From assembly GCF_039793925.1 (NCBI RefSeq), contig NZ_JBAMME010000199.1:70121-134120 (forward strand): a stretch of DNA of 64,000 nt. Direction: 5' to 3'. Position numbers and translations under genes: made by a program. The notes beneath the pieces were generated by a model that saw nothing but the letters and a program-made list of their open reading frames with translations, was not told the DNA's origin and searched no databases. The DNA is from Thermogutta sp. (GTDB lineage: Bacteria > Planctomycetota > Planctomycetia > Pirellulales > Thermoguttaceae). This document shows positions 60,443 through 64,000 of the stretch, piece by piece. Within the stretch, counting starts at the first letter, position 1; every line of letters starts with the position of its first letter.

Positions 60443-60495
60443 TTAACTCCTTGAATGGGACTCCGCGGGGGTGTTCGAATGAGTTGTGACAGCGC

Positions 60496-60822
60496 TTATG
60501 AAGCGGCCTGGACGAGCGCGTCTTTGAGACGATCTTTGGACTGAACACCCATCAATTTTTGCACAACCTGACCGCCTTTGAAGATGATAAGGGCCGGGAT
60601 CGCCGTCACGTGATAGCGCATGGCCAGGTTCTGATTTTCGTCCACGTTGACCTTGCAGACTTTTGCCTGCCCGGCCATTTCCGTGGCCAGTTGCTCGACC
60701 GTCGGCGCAATCATCCGACACGGGCCGCACCAGGGAGCCCAAAAATCCACAAGCACCGGCACATCCGCCTGGAGAACTTCTTTATCGAAACTGGCTTCGT
60801 TGACTTCAATGGCTTGACCCAT
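60496..60822 (-). CDS. trxA: Thioredoxin
   Basis: 108-aa product from ATG 60822, with [18 protein letters not shown] and the rest of the thioredoxin fold ([11 protein letters not shown]). Confidence 0.9.
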   Translation of the reverse strand: MGQAIEVNEASFDKEVLQADVPVLVDFWAPWCGPCRMIAPTVEQLATEMAGQAKVCKVNVDENQNLAMRYHVTAIPALIIFKGGQVVQKLMGVQSKDRLKDALVQAAS

Positions 60823-61384
60823 CGCACACAATCCCTGTCGCTTCTCTAACGTTGATAAATTGAAGCTCGATCTTGCTACACCCGCTTGCATCAGAGCAAG
60901 ACGCCGTTACGCGGCTTATTGCCGATTATACGTAAATAGTTCCTGTCGTCAATTGCGTAAATGCCTGGCGTTTACCCACTGCGCCGGGAGATTGGGTCGC
61001 AGGCAGTTTCCTCGGCTACGACGAGCGTGCCCCTCCGGTTGACTTTCGGAAGGAGGTGCTCTTACGTCTTCTGTTCAACGCTGGACAAGTCATCTCCTGT
61101 CACGGAGCTGACCAGCTCGGCTATGCTCGGCGTACGGCGCGACAATCACAAATTGGCCTCAATCGGGATAAACACTATTGGCCACGTCCCATGTTTTGTA
61201 GGGCCAATTCATAAACCCCCTTCTACCGAAAAAGCAGACAAAAGTCGGTGGTTTGCGTGGGCTGTGCCTCCCCTAGTTGCACGACCAAAGAGGTGCCGAT
61301 TAGAATTGCTGTCGACTTGTTGGCTTGTCGAAGTGAAAAACACGGCTCTGGCACGGATTTCCTTGGCATGCGAGGGTTGCGCCG

Positions 61385-62926
61385 ATGTTGAACGAAAAGC
61401 TACTCCTGCGGATACGGCTCTGTGTGTTGATGTTCTTCCAGTTTTTCGTGTGGGCCTGCTGGATGGTGCCCATCGGTACGTTTGGACCCGCGGTGCGGGG
61501 GTTCACCGGATCAGAGATGGGATGGGTGTTTTCGACCACCGCGATCGCGGCCATTCTATCGCCTCTTTTTGTGGGCTTTGTGGCGGACCGTCTCTTTGAT
61601 ACCGAAAAGATCCTTGCGGTTCTTCATGTTATCGGTGGAATCTGCCTTATCCTCACTGGTGTGCAGACCAGCTTTTGGCTGTTTTTCTTGTTTCTTCTGA
61701 TCAATACGCTCGCCTTCATGCCCACGCTCGCTTTGGCAAATTCGCTGACGTTTCGTAACCTGGACAATCCCGCCACATTTCCCCGGATTGCCATGTTTGG
61801 CACGATCGGGTGGATCATCTCTGGCTGGATTGTGGGTCTGTTCATCGGGGAGCGAAATCCCGCCTTCTTCTATCTGGGTGGTGCCGTAGAGATTCTTTTG
61901 GCCGCTTATGTGCTCACTCTTCCTCACACCCCACCGCAGGCCAAGGAAGCCGGAATCGCGGATCTGCTTGGGCTGGGAGCCGTCAAGCTCCTTAAGGATC
62001 CAGAGTTTTTGCTGTTTACCATTTGCGCGTTCTTGATCGGCATTCCGGCCGTGTATTACTTTGTGAGTGCGAACCTCTACCTCACGCAGATCGGGGCCCC
62101 GGCCCCCACAGCCCTGATGACCATGGGCCAAATCTGCGAAATTGTGGCGATGGCCATTATGCCCATCTTTATTGCCCAATTGGGGCTGCACAAAGTGCTG
62201 GCTCTAGGTATGGCCGTCTGGGCACTTCGATACCTCCTGTTTGCCTCTGAGGTGTATCCGCTCGTTCTGCTGGGAATCCTCATTCACGGATTTTGTTACG
62301 TCTTCGTCTACGTCGGTTCCTACATTTTTGTGGATACCAAGGCCCCACGGGAATTGCGGGCCAGTGCGCAGAGCTTCATCGCTTTCCTCATGCTGGGAGT
62401 GGCCTGGCTCATTGGGGCCAACCTTGCCGGCCGGACCAATGACGCCTATCCTGCTAAAGTCAAGAACTTGATCGCAGCGCGAGTCATCCCGGAGGGGGTC
62501 GCACTTCCTGGATGGACCGAACTGGCCAGGGACTTTGATCAAAATAAAGATGGGATTATCACCTCGGATGAAATTGAACAAGTTTTGCGCAGTGCTCCCC
62601 AAGGGCAAAACGAGCAGGATAGGCAAAAGCTGTATGATGCACTCAAGGCCGTGATGCGGCTTGTGCCCGCATCCACATTTGGGCACGTTCAGGCTGCCGT
62701 AGCAGGGAAGTCGGTGTACATGACAAAAGCCGACTACCTCGCGGTGAATCGTTTTGGTTGGCGGGATATCTGGCTCTGGCCTGCTATCATGGCCCTGGTG
62801 GTCTTCGGCCTGTTCACATTGGGAATGCCGAAGAAAAAGGAACAAGCAGGTACCGAAACCCCCGGTGGGGAGACTGCTCCTCAAGCTCCGGAGGCGCCAG
62901 CCGAAACTGCGCCGTCCGCGCCCTAG
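61385..62926 (+). CDS. MFS transporter (nucleoside:H+ symporter-like family) with an EF-hand-containing insertion before the last TM helix
   Basis: 11 TM helices, then a soluble insertion of about 100 aa containing DQNKDGIITSDE, then a 12th helix (IWLWPAIMALVVFGLFTL) and a Pro/Ala/Glu tail. The N-terminus LRIRLCVLMFFQFFVWACW is typical of the NupG/XapB-like family as I recall it. Confidence 0.75.
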   Translation: MLNEKLLLRIRLCVLMFFQFFVWACWMVPIGTFGPAVRGFTGSEMGWVFSTTAIAAILSPLFVGFVADRLFDTEKILAVLHVIGGICLILTGVQTSFWLFFLFLLINTLAFMPTLALANSLTFRNLDNPATFPRIAMFGTIGWIISGWIVGLFIGERNPAFFYLGGAVEILLAAYVLTLPHTPPQAKEAGIADLLGLGAVKLLKDPEFLLFTICAFLIGIPAVYYFVSANLYLTQIGAPAPTALMTMGQICEIVAMAIMPIFIAQLGLHKVLALGMAVWALRYLLFASEVYPLVLLGILIHGFCYVFVYVGSYIFVDTKAPRELRASAQSFIAFLMLGVAWLIGANLAGRTNDAYPAKVKNLIAARVIPEGVALPGWTELARDFDQNKDGIITSDEIEQVLRSAPQGQNEQDRQKLYDALKAVMRLVPASTFGHVQAAVAGKSVYMTKADYLAVNRFGWRDIWLWPAIMALVVFGLFTLGMPKKKEQAGTETPGGETAPQAPEAPAETAPSAP

Positions 62927-63149
62927 TCGGAGCCTGCGACTGCCGGGGAGGCAAACGCCTCATCGCAGCGCGAGGCCCCACCGGCAACACCATCCGGTGA
63001 CGTCACGCCGCCGAGCGATCCCAACACGTTCGGGTAGACGAACGGTTTACCGCGGGCTGGAGCGGTGCTCGTAAGCGACGTTTTGTTATCGTTCGCTTCG
63101 GCAACGCGCGAAGGATATGCTCCCGGATGTTGGAGCATTTTCACGCGCA

Positions 63150-63998
63150 CTAGGGGCGTTCGCGCTTTCCAAGCTTGCGATAGCAGTCCAGGAAGATCGC
63201 CACGTCTTCCGCAATTTGAAAATCGAACATTCCGACGATGAGGAAGTCTGCCCCGTTCCGCAGCGCGTAGGGAAATGCTTGCCGGGGATGGATTGCCCCC
63301 GCAGCGAGCACTTTGAAAGCAAACCACGGCTTGGTGACCGTCTTCATGAACTCGATTGTCTCCTCTGGATTGAGACACCACATGTTATCGTTGAAAGCGA
63401 ACGGCTCGCTCCGCCGCGGCCTGTGCCAGCAGAAGTCTTCTCGTAATTCTTTGGGTGTCGCGGACCAGTACTGGTCGCTGTGGAGTGTTTTGACGTAGAA
63501 GTCCGCGCCGATTCCCTCTTTTTCGCATTCCATGGTGACCGTCAGCGAATGACTTCCGATGCCCGCCGGAACCCCCGCTTCTTTGATGCATTCCACAGTG
63601 TTGGCGAGCACATCCAGTCGGCCGGCCATGACGGGAGGTTCACTGCGACCACCATGCGTGTACAACATCGTTGCGCCGTGGCTAAGGACCTCTTCGATCT
63701 CCCGACGCACGGCATCTTTGTTAGCATCTGGGGTGATACAGACAATCGCCTGGAGTTTGCCCCCGCGTTCCTTGTTGTACTTTTCCACCAGGGGAAGACA
63801 CACGGGGTTACACTGGATGGTGTTGATCCCGTGGGCTTCCGCGAGCGCGAGGGTCTCAAACACTTTCTCTTCCGTGTTGTAAGCTTTGAGAAGTCGCGAG
63901 ATGTAGACGAGGTCCCGACTGTGGGCGAAGCCACCGATAAGGTTGCCGCCGATGACCAGGCGGCTGATGGAGATGTCGCGCACCTTGCCGTGGGGCAT
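63150..63998 (-). CDS. Hypothetical protein (possibly TIM-barrel-like); the N-terminus may continue beyond the window
   Basis: 282-aa ORF reaching within 2 nt of the right edge, with good coding character. I recognise no catalytic motif with confidence. Confidence 0.5.
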   Translation of the reverse strand: MPHGKVRDISISRLVIGGNLIGGFAHSRDLVYISRLLKAYNTEEKVFETLALAEAHGINTIQCNPVCLPLVEKYNKERGGKLQAIVCITPDANKDAVRREIEEVLSHGATMLYTHGGRSEPPVMAGRLDVLANTVECIKEAGVPAGIGSHSLTVTMECEKEGIGADFYVKTLHSDQYWSATPKELREDFCWHRPRRSEPFAFNDNMWCLNPEETIEFMKTVTKPWFAFKVLAAGAIHPRQAFPYALRNGADFLIVGMFDFQIAEDVAIFLDCYRKLGKRERP

Positions 63999-64000
63999 CT

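Noticed and set aside
61556-62884. Minus-strand ORFs 61556-62191 and 62204-62884
   Set aside because: They are antisense to the MFS transporter, whose 12 hydrophobic helices appear only in the plus frame.

Overview
GC-rich bacterial chromosomal segment. The gene content suggests Planctomycetota: Tat-signal Gfo/Idh/MocA and aldo-keto reductases, a T2SS-like pseudopilin operon, Gly-rich secreted LTXXQ proteins and a bacterial deoxyhypusine-synthase homologue. This lineage call is an inference. The window is densely coding (about 46 protein genes). I saw no rRNA, tRNA, CRISPR array, transposase or integrase, so it reads as core chromosome rather than an accessory island. From left to right it contains:
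- a transglutaminase/DUF58 pair;
- a DHS-like enzyme and an alkaline-phosphatase-superfamily enzyme;
- a ZraPSR-like module: histidine kinase, sigma-54 NtrC-type regulator, and a CpxP/Spy-like periplasmic protein with a candidate -24/-12 promoter;
- an orphan PduS-like flavo-FeS protein plus a PduT-like tandem-BMC shell protein, with no other microcompartment genes nearby;
- rsmH;
- an MsbA-like exporter and a MacB-like ABC pair;
- a 9-gene T2SS-like operon (gspEFGHIJKLM order) lacking secretin and prepilin peptidase;
- an aldo-keto reductase, a degenerate RNase H-like protein and glgB;
- a 1181-aa FAAL-ACP-alpha-oxoamine synthase fusion, followed by a TIM-barrel protein and a large P-loop protein (DUF4914-like);
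- a TlpA-like redoxin and a Ser/Thr kinase;
- a queA / Nudix-like / cysteine desulfurase cluster;
- prfB with the classical CTT TGA C +1 frameshift;
- cutA and a HEAT-repeat protein;
- two tandem trans-sulfuration PLP enzymes preceded by an orphan strong terminator;
- a Gfo/Idh/MocA oxidoreductase and trxA;
- an MFS transporter carrying a canonical EF-hand loop.

The items I rank highest for follow-up are the FAAL-ACP-AOS fusion, the stand-alone PduS/PduT pair, the EF-hand insertion in the MFS transporter, the possible leader RNA upstream of the met genes, and a 17-nt identical motif shared by two distant intergenic regions. All functional calls come from reading motifs by eye. No database search was run.
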